In this document: positions 51,523-61,988 of the stretch, piece after piece
Position numbering within the stretch: the first letter of the stretch is position 1
Layout: every line of letters begins with the position of its first letter
Source: an uncultured bacterium
GTDB taxonomy: Bacteria > Bacillota_I > Bacilli_A > RFN20 > CAG-826
Reading direction: 5' to 3'
Assembly: GCA_949297445.1 (NCBI GenBank)
Contig: CASFSS010000014.1
Span: 6,819-70,818, forward strand
DNA: 64,000 nt
Notes under the pieces: model-generated
Database searches by the model: none
Told to the model about the DNA's origin: nothing
Seen by the model: the letters and a program-made list of their open reading frames with translations, nothing else
Made by a program: the position numbers and the translations under genes

Positions 51523-51863
51523 TTAGAAAACAAAAAAGCGAATTTTATTCTTTTCTATATTTCATTTTTTAAAATGCAAATAATTTTTTCTAAAATTTTT
51601 CTAGTTTAAAAAATATTAAACGATATTTTTATTAAATTTGTTTAAATCAAGTATGTGAATCAAACGAATCGGTTATTACAAAAAAAGAAAAAATATAATC
51701 TTTTTGATTAATTTAGATGGCAATATTTTGGCACGATTACTGCGTATTTTATATAAATATACAACGCAAAAATTGCATATAAATTATATAAATAAACCCA
51801 ATTATTGCGTATCATTGTCGCGTTATTAAGAAAAAACAATAGAAATATATTGAGGACAACACG

Positions 51864-52292
51864 ATGACGTTAAAAGAATTAAGGAAAGTTCACAATATGA
51901 TGCAGATTGAATGCGCTAAATATTTAAGAGTTCCATTGCACACATACCAAAATTATGAAGGCGACGATGTAAAAACTGATACGATAAAATAAAAGTTTAT
52001 GATGACAAAGTTGGAGTAATGTGGTTTTACCGATGAGTCACACGGCATATTGACCATAGAAAGAATTAAGACGATTTGTAAGCCCATTTTAGATGAACAT
52101 GGAGTTTGTTATTGTTATTTGTTTGGTTCGTATGCTAAAGGTAAGGCAACGGAAACAAACGATGTTGGCTTGCTTGTTTATACCGAAGTTAGTGGGATAT
52201 AGTTTTATGAACTAATTGAGACACTTAGAGAAGGTCTAAAAAAGAAAGTAGATTTCCCTAAACTTGTTACTGTTTTAAAAAGCTTTATTTAG
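51864..52292 (+). pseudogene. Decayed HTH-minimal nucleotidyltransferase (MNT) antitoxin, ending in a possible HEPN/DUF86 tail
   Basis: MTLKELRK...YQNYE HTH, YLFGSYAKGKATETNDVGLLV MNT motif, three internal stops (TAA, TAA, TAG), ends DFPKLVTVLKSFI. Confidence 0.75.
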
Positions 52293-52538
52293 TCTATAAT
52301 GGCCTTTAATTAACTATGACGAGGTGATGATAAAAAAGAATGATGAATGAGTGATTCATTGTGTAATCAATTTTTAATTGATTTTATAGAAACCAATGTT
52401 ATAGGAGACTTAGATGGAGAAGAACAAGAACTATTTATAGATTAAGAACGACCGACAATAAAAAATGTTTGTAACATAGGATTGTAAACTTATTAATAAT
52501 TTATATGCTAAAATATTTTTGAATAGGAGGATTTAAAT

Positions 52539-53006
52539 ATGAAAAAAATTTTAAATTTTCAAATCTTTATCAATGTGATTTTAGCAATTATTGGAATAAC
52601 GTCTTTGGTTGGAGCAGTCAATTTATTCGCTTTGTTTATCTCAACGTCTGTTAGTCTTAGCGATATTCCCGCCGATCAAATACCAGGACAATTAATTTGG
52701 ACACTTATTGCTATTCTATTTGCTTCATTTTTATTGCTTGCAACAATTATTTTCTACGTTCTTCGCTATTTATTACACAATAAGAACGTTGAAATAGCCG
52801 GCATTATCATTACTCTTTCATCTACGCTTTTCTTTTTTGTTTTTGTTTGTTCTACCGGTAATTCTTATATAAATTTCTTGCAATATTTTATATATTATTT
52901 AATTCTATGCGCTCTTATTGATGTTCCTTCTTTAATTAATATAATTAAAGGTAAAAAGAAAAATAAAAACGATAGCAACGACGACACTACTATCTATGAA
53001 GATTAA
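52539..53006 (+). CDS. Hypothetical four-TM membrane protein
   Basis: RBS AGGAGG, hydrophobic segments, charged tail. Confidence 0.75.
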   Translation: MKKILNFQIFINVILAIIGITSLVGAVNLFALFISTSVSLSDIPADQIPGQLIWTLIAILFASFLLLATIIFYVLRYLLHNKNVEIAGIIITLSSTLFFFVFVCSTGNSYINFLQYFIYYLILCALIDVPSLINIIKGKKKNKNDSNDDTTIYED

Positions 53007-53047
53007 CTAATACATAGTAGTGCGTTACTTAGCGAAAGGAGATTTTG

Positions 53048-53650
53048 ATGTGCGGCGAAAAGCAAAAGATGTTGGCTGGCGAATTATATGATTGTTCTGA
53101 TTATGAACTGGCCAATAAGTCACTAAAAGCATATGAACTTTGTTTAAAATATAACGCTCTTCCTAAAGCTGACCCTACTAGAAAAAGTATTTTACGTGAG
53201 TTATTGCCTAATTTAGGAGAAAATTCTTTTCTTACTGGTCCAATATTTTTTGATTATGGCGAAAATTTTTATACGGGTAAAAATATGTACGCTAATTATA
53301 ATTTTGTAGTGATGGATTGCGCCAAAATTACGATAGGCAACAATGTTATGTTTGGACCTAATGTGACACTTGCTGCACCTAGACATCCTCTTGACGCTGA
53401 AGAAAGAAGAATTCGCATTAAACCAGATGGTTCTTTTTATGATTACGAATTTGCTAAAGAAATAAAAATTGGCTCTGATTGTTGAATTGCCTCTAACGTT
53501 ATTATTTGTGGTGGTGTTACCATTGGTGATCGGACAGTTATTGGGGCTGGTAGTGTTGTTACTCGCTCTTTGCCAAGCGATGTTTTAGCGGCCGGCAATC
53601 CGTGCAAGGTAATTCGAAAGATTACCGAAGAAGATTGCATGATGAAATAA
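53048..53650 (+). pseudogene. maa: Maltose/galactoside O-acetyltransferase interrupted by one in-frame TGA
   Basis: EKQKMLAGELY, FDYGEN, DCAKITIGNNVMFGPNV, then IGSDC-TGA(53483)[14 protein letters not shown]..[24 protein letters not shown]. Confidence 0.85.
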
Positions 53651-53712
53651 TAAATAAAAATATTTACTTTTATATTGTTTTGTTTTTATAATTTTCATTG
53701 CGTAATACGCAC

Positions 53713-53799
53713 GGCCTCGTGGCGAAATTGGTAGACGCAGTAGACTCAAAATCTACCGAATGCGAGTTCGTGTCGGTTCGAGTCCGACCGAGGCCACCA
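53713..53799 (+). tRNA. tRNA-Leu(CAA)
   Basis: Acceptor GGCCTCG/CGAGGCC, GTAGA-CT-CAA-AA-TCTAC, long variable arm, CCA. Confidence 0.95.
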
Positions 53800-54081
53800 A
53801 ATTGAAAGCATAGGTTTGATACAGTAAAAATTACTTGTCAAACATTTTTTTGCCATAATTTGTATAATATGGCCATATATGTCTATATGTTAAGAAAAAG
53901 AGAACTTTTAAGTGACGAAATTGATCATCATTTAAGGGTTTTTTTTATTTGTAAATTAACAATAAACCGAAAGACCTCTGCTAGAAGACGAAAGCATTGT
54001 ATGTACTTTTAAAAGTGTGACTTTTGTGGTAGTATAATAAAAAATATTAAATGACAAATATATGTTTGAGGTAGATGAAGT

Positions 54082-55806
54082 ATGAAAAAGATTGTTTTAA
54101 TTCAAACTTTGATGTTATCACTATTAATAACAAGTTGTGGTGGACCATCAAGTTCAAATAGTATCAGTGATAGTACCTATAATCCAAGTGATAACTCAAG
54201 TTCATTTACAACTGATGGAAATGAACAAATAGAAGATGCTAATATTGGAGATTATTTTGATGATGTTTTAATTTTATATCAACCAGATGCAAATACTCAA
54301 AACGATAGATTTATCGATGGAATTTCTAATACTGATGTAGAGTTCAATGAACTTCTTGATAGGCAAATATCAATGCTTGCTGATGACATACTAAATAGGT
54401 TAGTTGGTGTTTATGGAACAGGTTATAATACAATTGATGAAGTTATTGAGTTAAAAGATAAAGAAGGCATTTCTCCTGAGTATCAATCAATACCAGCAAG
54501 TTATGTTGCAAAAAATGCTTTTGCAACTTATGATGAATTAGCAGGTGGCTATTTATACTCCGATGGTTCAGTTGCAGATGGAACAAATGTTAATTTAACA
54601 GCATTAGCAAGTTGGGGTTATGCAACAGAAAAAAATAGTGGAACAATCTTGTTTAATAAAGACAATACAAATTTAGATGTAATAGTAAACAATTTTGCAT
54701 TTCAAAATACTATTTTAGGAAAGAATACTGTTGTAAATCCTCGTGGATTAGATAATGAATTTTTAGGTTTTTACACTGGAACAAATATTTTGTATTTAAA
54801 TCCTTGGAATTGGACACTTGGTAATGAATACCAACATTCGGATTTTGATGCGTTTATAGAACAATATAGTAATAATTATAAAGATAATTTAAGGATGGCT
54901 TTGTCATCACTACTTTTAACAGGTGAATATGATATTAACAATTCATATGATTTTAATCAAACAACTTACGACGATAATTTGTCAAATATTGGTCATATAG
55001 GGCTTTTAAGTTATGACAAACAAGTTATAAAAAATTTTATTAAAGATGTTATAATTGGCAAAGATTTAATTGATGCAGATAATGAAGCTTTAAGATTGCT
55101 TGAAGAAAATTTTGATTTAACAAATTTCACGGGTATTGAACCTGATTCTGAAAAATTGTTAAATATGACTGAAGAAGAATTTGCTACTCTTGATATAATG
55201 CACACATATAAAGCATACGATTTGATTATTGATGCTGTTGTTGAACAAACTGCAAGTAATACTTTTGATGGAAATGCACCAATTTATGCAACGATGCCCA
55301 GATTAAAATCTATGCGTATTTGTTGGGATGAAATCGAAGAACAATTGAATAATATTAGTCCATCTTTAAAAATATATAGTATTATTCTTTTACCAAAAGA
55401 TAATGTTAAATTAAATTTAGTTGTCATTTCTTTTGAAACTTCAACATACAATAAAGACTTCTACAGTAAAGTTAATGCAAATTTTGTAAGTGATGGAACT
55501 ATTTATACAACTAGTAAAAAAGTAAATAACAATTCATTTTCAATAAATAATGAAGACTTTGATGTATATGAGTTTCCAACATGGAATACACATAATTATG
55601 TTGAACCAGAAGGAATCACAACTTTTAACAATCCATATTCACTAGAACAGTCCGACAATATAACTACTTTAGTTAATTTTGATTGTGGAAATAATTATTT
55701 AGAAATTTCATTTGAATATTATCAAGATTATAAAAACACAATTCCATATATTGGAATACCAGAACTTACTTTGAAAATTGATGATCTAGAATTTAGTCAT
55801 GAATAA
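54082..55806 (+). CDS. Uncharacterised acidic lipoprotein
   Basis: RBS GAGGT, lipobox LITSC, Ser-rich linker, 574 aa; no recognised family. Confidence 0.8.
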   Translation: MKKIVLIQTLMLSLLITSCGGPSSSNSISDSTYNPSDNSSSFTTDGNEQIEDANIGDYFDDVLILYQPDANTQNDRFIDGISNTDVEFNELLDRQISMLADDILNRLVGVYGTGYNTIDEVIELKDKEGISPEYQSIPASYVAKNAFATYDELAGGYLYSDGSVADGTNVNLTALASWGYATEKNSGTILFNKDNTNLDVIVNNFAFQNTILGKNTVVNPRGLDNEFLGFYTGTNILYLNPWNWTLGNEYQHSDFDAFIEQYSNNYKDNLRMALSSLLLTGEYDINNSYDFNQTTYDDNLSNIGHIGLLSYDKQVIKNFIKDVIIGKDLIDADNEALRLLEENFDLTNFTGIEPDSEKLLNMTEEEFATLDIMHTYKAYDLIIDAVVEQTASNTFDGNAPIYATMPRLKSMRICWDEIEEQLNNISPSLKIYSIILLPKDNVKLNLVVISFETSTYNKDFYSKVNANFVSDGTIYTTSKKVNNNSFSINNEDFDVYEFPTWNTHNYVEPEGITTFNNPYSLEQSDNITTLVNFDCGNNYLEISFEYYQDYKNTIPYIGIPELTLKIDDLEFSHE

Positions 55807-56160
55807 TTGTTAAACATTCAAATTCTAATATGCATCTAAAATAAAATCCGATAAGTGATGAATTTGCAGGATATTAGTAACAGCAAATTAACAATCGATT
55901 TGAAAGTTATTTAGATTTTGAAACTATCACAATGAATATCGCTAAAATCGTATCTAAAAATATAATAAATTTTTATGTTTAGAATTAAATTTGATTACTT
56001 TTTAAATTAAATTATGACTTTCACACATAATAAAAGCAAGAAATGGATTGATGAGTATAAATAAGATTATAAAATACACAAATCTAATTGTTATTTATCA
56101 TAATGCTGATTTTGATATTGTATTTTAAAACAATGTCATGCCGTCAATAATCATAAAATG

Positions 56161-56405
56161 TTATTAAAATCTTAATACTATAAGATTTTGATACTTTTTT
56201 ATCCTGAAAATTAGTGGTTTCAAATCTGTAAATAGGGGTGCAAAATTACCTAAGGGGGTGCAACTGTATCAAAATAGGTTATTAAAGCCAATTAAGATGA
56301 ACAGGCATTAACACACAAAATCAGTGCCTTTTTTCGTGTTTTAGACCTTTTTGTTAATTTTTGCAATTTTTATTCGAAAAAGGATGAAAAATCTTTGTAT
56401 CAAAA
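56161..56405. repeat. Non-coding repeat/palindrome cluster resembling the 781-960 element
   Basis: AAAATCTTA-6bp-TAAGATTTT palindrome at 56166-56189, GGGGTGCAA at 56235 and 56255 (20 bp apart), TGTATCAA at 56265 and 56396. Confidence 0.55.
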
Positions 56406-56743
56406 GCGTTCTTCTTAATGAGGACACGTGAAAATAATTAGATTGTTGGCAGGATTTGAACTCAAAAAAGGGCCAAAAATGGTGCTTTTTAGCTAAAATT
56501 TTAGTCGCTTGGATTCTCGTCCAACTTCAAAATGCCTTAAAAATGGATATTTCAAGTCCTGTCATCCCAGTATTCACTTGGTTTTAGTATAGATGCATTC
56601 CAAAAAGTTGTTTTCCCTTAATGAAATAGTTTGATACGCTTTTAATAATATTAAGATAATTAATGGTGTGGTAAAATAATAAAAAAATGGACCTTATGAA
56701 GACGGAGTAGCTGAAACACATCCTAATAGTCCGCAAAACTAGT

Positions 56744-57097
56744 ATGAAATATAAATTTGGTGATTTAGTTTATCATAAACCTACTTCTACTCGTGATGAT
56801 CCTACTGCGTTAGAAATTCTTGGATACTGCAATAATAAAAATAAATATATCTGTATGTTTTTTACAATGAGTTTTCCTTATGAGATTCTAACAATTTGGC
56901 TTTGCAACGAAAATGATTTAGGATATTTAAATGAAGTAGATGATATCAAAAACTACATGATTAATGGTAAACCATTAATTCAATCTGAAAATATAGACTA
57001 CGATTATTATGAAATTTACGAACCAATTGGTAGTAAGCAGGTAAAAATTCGAGATGCTCTTAAAAAGAGAAAACCATTTTCGGTACCTTTTAAGTAA
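56744..57097 (+). CDS. Hypothetical protein
   Basis: 117 aa ORF starting MKYKFGDLVY. Confidence 0.55.
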   Translation: MKYKFGDLVYHKPTSTRDDPTALEILGYCNNKNKYICMFFTMSFPYEILTIWLCNENDLGYLNEVDDIKNYMINGKPLIQSENIDYDYYEIYEPIGSKQVKIRDALKKRKPFSVPFK

Positions 57098-57473
57098 AGA
57101 TTTTAGATTTCAATTAATCCTTGGTATCAAAATAAAGCAAGAAATTTGATTTTATATGCTGGTTCCGGTACAAATTTATGAAACGCTTTCATAACTGTGA
57201 AGTTGTTAATGATCAAATTGTAAGAATTAAAACACAGCCAATGCATTGAACTCATAGTTTTGTTGGACAATTATATTATCCAACTTGCTCGAATGATTCT
57301 GTGGTCTATCCCGATAGTTAAAATCCAAATCCTAATGTTTAATATGAATCATAAATTTAAAAAAGGCGATGTTGTCTACATAATTTGTTATCTAAAATTA
57401 TGAAACGTGATCCACAAATGGTATAAAAGTTGTATTCTAATAATGATGTAATATAATAAAAGGGGTGCTAGCC

Positions 57474-57896
57474 ATGAAAAGAAATTTATTGTTGCTAATG
57501 ATAATTCCAGCATTCGGTTTGATTTCATCATGCTCATTAGATGGTAATTATGATGAAAATCTTACTGATGGTAGTACTTTTTGTGTATCTTCTATACCGC
57601 AAGAATTTTATTTTAATGATAAATGTTATGTTTACCAACAAGGAATAGAAATAAACGAAAATAATATTGTTGGTTTATTTGGGTATTTTATTAATAAAGA
57701 AGACCTTGAAAAGTGGATGGAAATAGATCAAAAGAACGATATTATTTATGTTATTGATGAAAATAATTCAATCTACCATTATGACCTTAGTGGAACATTA
57801 ACAAATCGTTTTGAGTTATTTCTTACAACCAATACTGATGAAATAGCTTTAAAAGCTCATGGACATTATAGGTTGTATAAAATAATAGAAATCTAG
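57474..57896 (+). CDS. Hypothetical lipoprotein
   Basis: RBS AGGGGTG, signal MKRNLLLLMIIPAFGLISSC. Confidence 0.75.
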   Translation: MKRNLLLLMIIPAFGLISSCSLDGNYDENLTDGSTFCVSSIPQEFYFNDKCYVYQQGIEINENNIVGLFGYFINKEDLEKWMEIDQKNDIIYVIDENNSIYHYDLSGTLTNRFELFLTTNTDEIALKAHGHYRLYKIIEI

Positions 57897-57910
57897 GAGA
57901 ATTAATAACT

Positions 57911-58450
57911 TTGTTAAAAATGTTTTATTTGTTATTTTGCTCTGCGCTATTGACAAGCAACGGGCTTTCAACAAACTTTTTTAGTAACAAAACTCTTGAT
58001 TTCAGTTATTAAAACGTTAACCATGTTACTGAAAGTGTTATAGGTACTGAGCCAAACGATTCTCCTGTAAATGGTTTCAATCAAGATATTTCAAAATTTT
58101 CACAAAACATTTCGTGTTCGACAGCAAACGTAATTACTTACAATTTAAATTCTGGTATTATTAATTTTGAAAATTTTAATCCAGATTCATATCAAATCCG
58201 TACTTATGCTGACAGGTGTTCTAATTCTTTAAGTATTTCTTCTAAACCTATAGTTTCTTTTTCAAGTGAAAATGACTCTATAGAGATGAGCAATGGTTTT
58301 ATTCCTAGTGATGCTAACTATCCCATTAGCCCAGGTACAATATTAGATCCTGATGAAAGAATACAAGTAACTAACCTTAGTTTATGGTCTTATCGTGGAA
58401 TGTGCAAACTCTATATGGACTATGATAATTTATGGGAAATGAGTACCGAG
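57911..58450 (+). pseudogene. 5' part of a secreted trypsin-like (glutamyl endopeptidase/Mpr-like) protease gene
   Basis: RBS AGGAG, signal-like start, TAA at 58010, same frame reaches TILDPDERIQVTNLSLWSYRGMCKL, resembling the mature N-terminus of S1B proteases; catalytic residues absent. Confidence 0.5.
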
Positions 58451-58651
58451 CATGGTATTTATGGCGATGGTAAGACGCTCGATGAGACTTTCGGTCTTAT
58501 TGAAACGATTGAAAAAGCCGCTCAAATTTATATGTTAACCGCTAATTTGCCGCGTCTTAATACAATCAGCGATGCGCAAATGAAAGAACTAGCCAACCAT
58601 TTTGGAGTCACCATTAAAAAAGAATTATTGATTAATCTTTTATTGCATTAA
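58451..58651 (+). pseudogene. rhaD: 3' fragment of a second rhamnulose-1-phosphate aldolase gene
   Basis: HGIYGDGKTLDETFGLIETIEKAAQIYMLT...ISDAQMKELANHFGVT aligns with the C-terminus of RhaD at 9022-9846. Confidence 0.88.
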
Positions 58652-58779
58652 TTTTTAAATATATATTTTTTATGTTTATTTGATTCTATTTTTACTTGTC
58701 AAATCAGGTTTTATTTTGTCCTATTTAGCTATTATAGAAAAGAATTTATAATATAGTTGTCAAAAATAGCTTAAGTAAT

Positions 58780-59685
58780 ATGGTTAAATTAGAAGAACGT
58801 TCTCGCATCTGCCAAGGATTGATGCGCATAAACAATTTAAACGATCAAGAAGTCGAAGACTTGATTAAGTTTGATTTGGGAAACGGAATTAATTTTTTTG
58901 ATACGGCGGATATTTACGATAACGGTGGTTCGGAAAGCAAACTCGGTGCTTTTATTAAAAATAATCCTGAACTTAGAGAAAGAATGTTTATCCAAACTAA
59001 ATGTGGAATTTTTGAGACGCAGCAGTCAAAAAAATATGATTTATCGTATGAATATATTATTAAATGCTGCGAAGATTCTTTAAGACGTCTGCACGTTAGT
59101 TATATCGACTCCTTTTTATTACATAGATTGGATGTCTTAATGGATGCTGAAGAAATTTATAGGGCTTATCGATATCTAATCGATAATAAAATGATTCGAT
59201 ATTTTGGTGTTTCTAATTTTACAACGAACGCCATTAATTATTTGCTAAATAATAAAGTGGAAATTTTGACGAATCAAATTCAAGTCGGCCTTGGCCAAAC
59301 AAATATTCTCGATGAAATAATAGCGTTCAACAATTCAGACGATAAATTCTCTTGCACGACCGACATGCTGTTTTTCTTAAAGGATAAGGATATTGAGCTA
59401 CAGGCTTGGTCGCCATTTCAATATAAATTTTTTCAAGGTTCAATCTATAAAATCCCGACGATGGAACGCTGCAAAGAAAAGATTGAAGAATTGGCTAAAA
59501 AATATCAAACATCGCCCGGCAGTATTGTTACTAGTTTTTTGTTTACAATCTATAAAAAGATGTATGTCATTATTGGCGAAATCAAAAAAGAGCGCATATT
59601 AGAATGTAAACAGGGCGAGAATGTTCAGTTGATGCGCGAAGATTTCTACAGTTTATATATTTCAGCAAACAAAATTTTATATTAA
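58780..59685 (+). CDS. Aldo/keto reductase
   Basis: QGLMR, NFFDTADIY, IQTKCGI, SLRRL..YIDSFLLHR, FGVSNF, QAWSPFQ. Confidence 0.9.
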   Translation: MVKLEERSRICQGLMRINNLNDQEVEDLIKFDLGNGINFFDTADIYDNGGSESKLGAFIKNNPELRERMFIQTKCGIFETQQSKKYDLSYEYIIKCCEDSLRRLHVSYIDSFLLHRLDVLMDAEEIYRAYRYLIDNKMIRYFGVSNFTTNAINYLLNNKVEILTNQIQVGLGQTNILDEIIAFNNSDDKFSCTTDMLFFLKDKDIELQAWSPFQYKFFQGSIYKIPTMERCKEKIEELAKKYQTSPGSIVTSFLFTIYKKMYVIIGEIKKERILECKQGENVQLMREDFYSLYISANKILY

Positions 59686-59722
59686 AATTTTTTGTATTTA
59701 TGTGAAAGGATAACGACGTGTT

Positions 59723-61198
59723 ATGAATAGATGTTTAACTACAAGTTCAATTGTTTTATTAGCTAGTTGCCTGGTAGCTTGTAATGTGAATAGCGTTAGT
59801 AATTCAATAGATGATACAAAGCCATCAAGCGATGATAGTACTATCCCAAGCGGAGATGTTTTGCCTAGTGATGATGATGCTTTATACGAACTTATTTATG
59901 ATCCGACAGCGGATGTACAAATTGATTTATTTTTTACCAATGAGGCGATTTATAAGCTCGCTAAATATAGTGTTGATGAAGTAAAAAAGGAAATGTATCA
60001 TCCTTGTTCGATGAATATAACAATCAATGGCGAGCAATATTCTTTTTTAGAAGTTGGTGCACGCATGAAAGGTAATACTTCTAGAAATGAGAATTTTGTC
60101 AACGCTGACGGAACATTTAATGCCCTTATTCATTTTAAATTATCACTAAAAGAGACATTTGATGATGTAGAAGATAATGATTATTTTATTAGAACTTGGG
60201 ACGATGAAACTAGCCGCGATGCTAGAAAAGATTGCGAATTTGCTATGCAACAAAAGTTTGACTTAAAATGGAACAAATCTTTCGATGAAACTTACACAAA
60301 ACAAATATATGCTTACGATGCTTTTATCGAGGAAGGCTTAATGGCAAGTCATGTTAATTTGGTTCACTTGACTATTCATTCTGAAAGCGATTCAAAAAGT
60401 GCGATTTATCAATTACAAGAAACTATTGATAAGGATTTTTTGAAGCAACGTCTAACAAAAGATGAAACACAGGGCAATCTTTATAAGTCTACTTACACCG
60501 ATATGGGTCCGGCTTCTTTAGATATAAACACAATTAATTCGATTGGTGTTGAAGCGCCGAATTATCACCCTTCTTATGATTTAAAAACGAACGATAAAGA
60601 TGACGAAATAGACCATACCCTTTTAACCAATATTATTCGAATCTTAAACGAAAATACTTCAGACGCCACAACTTTTAAAGGCATAATTGACGAACTAATT
60701 GATGTCGATGCCATTTTAAAATACCAAGCCTTATGTTGGGTAATGGGTAATCCTGACGATTCGCGCAATAATTCGAATAACTATTATATTTATTTCAATT
60801 CGCAAACAAATAAAATGACTTTTATTCCATATGACTTTGATCGCTGCTTAGGAATTTTACAAGATTGGCCAATTCATATGGAAGACGTACCTTATTACAC
60901 CACAAAACAGAACTTAGGAGATAATCGTCCTTGGCAACCTAATCCTTTATTGTGGCGTTTAATCATCGAAGAAAGCGATAATAGTGTCAACTACTCAGAC
61001 CGATGGCCTGTAATCGCTGAATATCGGGACAAATATGTAGAATATTGTATTCAGTATGCAGAAAAATATTTAGATAATGACCGTTTTATTGAATTCAGCA
61101 ATCAATTTGTATACGCCAATAAAAATTACACTAGTGGCGGGGGCGCCAATATTACTTTTGAAGAATATGCGACCAAAAAACTTGCAACTTTAAATTAA
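59723..61198 (+). CDS. CotH kinase family lipoprotein
   Basis: Lipobox LVAC, VGARMKGNTSR, FKL, GNLYKS, NPDDSRNNSNNYYIYF, FIPYDFDRCLG. Confidence 0.85.
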   Translation: MNRCLTTSSIVLLASCLVACNVNSVSNSIDDTKPSSDDSTIPSGDVLPSDDDALYELIYDPTADVQIDLFFTNEAIYKLAKYSVDEVKKEMYHPCSMNITINGEQYSFLEVGARMKGNTSRNENFVNADGTFNALIHFKLSLKETFDDVEDNDYFIRTWDDETSRDARKDCEFAMQQKFDLKWNKSFDETYTKQIYAYDAFIEEGLMASHVNLVHLTIHSESDSKSAIYQLQETIDKDFLKQRLTKDETQGNLYKSTYTDMGPASLDINTINSIGVEAPNYHPSYDLKTNDKDDEIDHTLLTNIIRILNENTSDATTFKGIIDELIDVDAILKYQALCWVMGNPDDSRNNSNNYYIYFNSQTNKMTFIPYDFDRCLGILQDWPIHMEDVPYYTTKQNLGDNRPWQPNPLLWRLIIEESDNSVNYSDRWPVIAEYRDKYVEYCIQYAEKYLDNDRFIEFSNQFVYANKNYTSGGGANITFEEYATKKLATLN

Positions 61199-61199
61199 C

Positions 61200-61802
61200 T
61201 TATTTTTTAATAATTAATTTTCCTTTAATTGTTAAGCCTAAAACGAGGGCAATTTGTATAGGCACGCCTAAAATGAATAATAGCCAAGGGTTAAATTCGC
61301 GGAAAGCAACATAAAAGGCAGTTATGAGTGTCCACGCTAGAACGCTACTAGTAACAAAAGCATAAAGGCGAGATTTCCATACGCGACAAAACAGTAGACA
61401 AATCAAGGCCGAAGCGGGAATCGCCCAAACAAAAACTTCCCAATAATAAATATTTGAAAAGATTACTAAATATATATAAATGATAGTGGCTAATATCCAA
61501 ATAAAAGAAACAATCAATGTTTCGATTAGGGAATTATTAATAATTCTTTTACGATCCGATTTTGTCAGATATTCTAGCTTATCTTCAATGTTACCTTCAT
61601 GCGTTAAATAATCGATAGTAACACCATAAAATTCGCACAAAGCAAAGAGCGTTTCAATCTCCGGCAAGGCGTCGCCGTTTTCCCATTTACTAACTGCTTT
61701 ATCACTATATCCGAAGTGTTCAGCCAGCTCTATTTGTGTCATTTTTTTACTTTTTCTCAATTGGGCTAAATTTGTGCCAATAGTTTTTCTTAATTCTGCC
61801 AT
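61200..61802 (-). CDS. XRE-family HTH regulator with TM domain
   Basis: MTQIELAEHFGYSDKAVSKWENGDALP followed by about four TM helices; ATG 61802 preferred. Confidence 0.88.
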   Translation of the reverse strand: MAELRKTIGTNLAQLRKSKKMTQIELAEHFGYSDKAVSKWENGDALPEIETLFALCEFYGVTIDYLTHEGNIEDKLEYLTKSDRKRIINNSLIETLIVSFIWILATIIYIYLVIFSNIYYWEVFVWAIPASALICLLFCRVWKSRLYAFVTSSVLAWTLITAFYVAFREFNPWLLFILGVPIQIALVLGLTIKGKLIIKK

Positions 61803-61988
61803 ATTATTGAAGATAGATAATAAAACATCCGATGTCAAGCCATTTTTTAATATAAATTCTCGGAAAATGAGAATTGACAATTTATATATTCTACCAAGAG
61901 AATTAACTCTAATTTAGGGGTTTTTGATATTAGGGTGCTTTTAAAACGCGCGCTCTTTAATATTATGCGTGGTAAAGGCCACATCCAT

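Larger units (their letters stand above)
53800..58450. mobile_element. Putative decayed genomic island downstream of tRNA-Leu(CAA)
   Basis: More AT-rich, orphan lipoproteins, gene fragments, TTGATACA-motif cluster, right end fused into a truncated rhaD; no integrase seen. Confidence 0.5.

Noticed and set aside
52347-52445. Small ORF starting MSDSLCNQF
   Set aside because: About 32 codons with no recognisable motif; likely a gene remnant.
56440-56465. GGCAGGATTTGAACTC as a reverse-strand tRNA 3' remnant (att site)
   Set aside because: Only a T-loop-like stretch; no cloverleaf and no match to the 3' end of tRNA-Leu(CAA).
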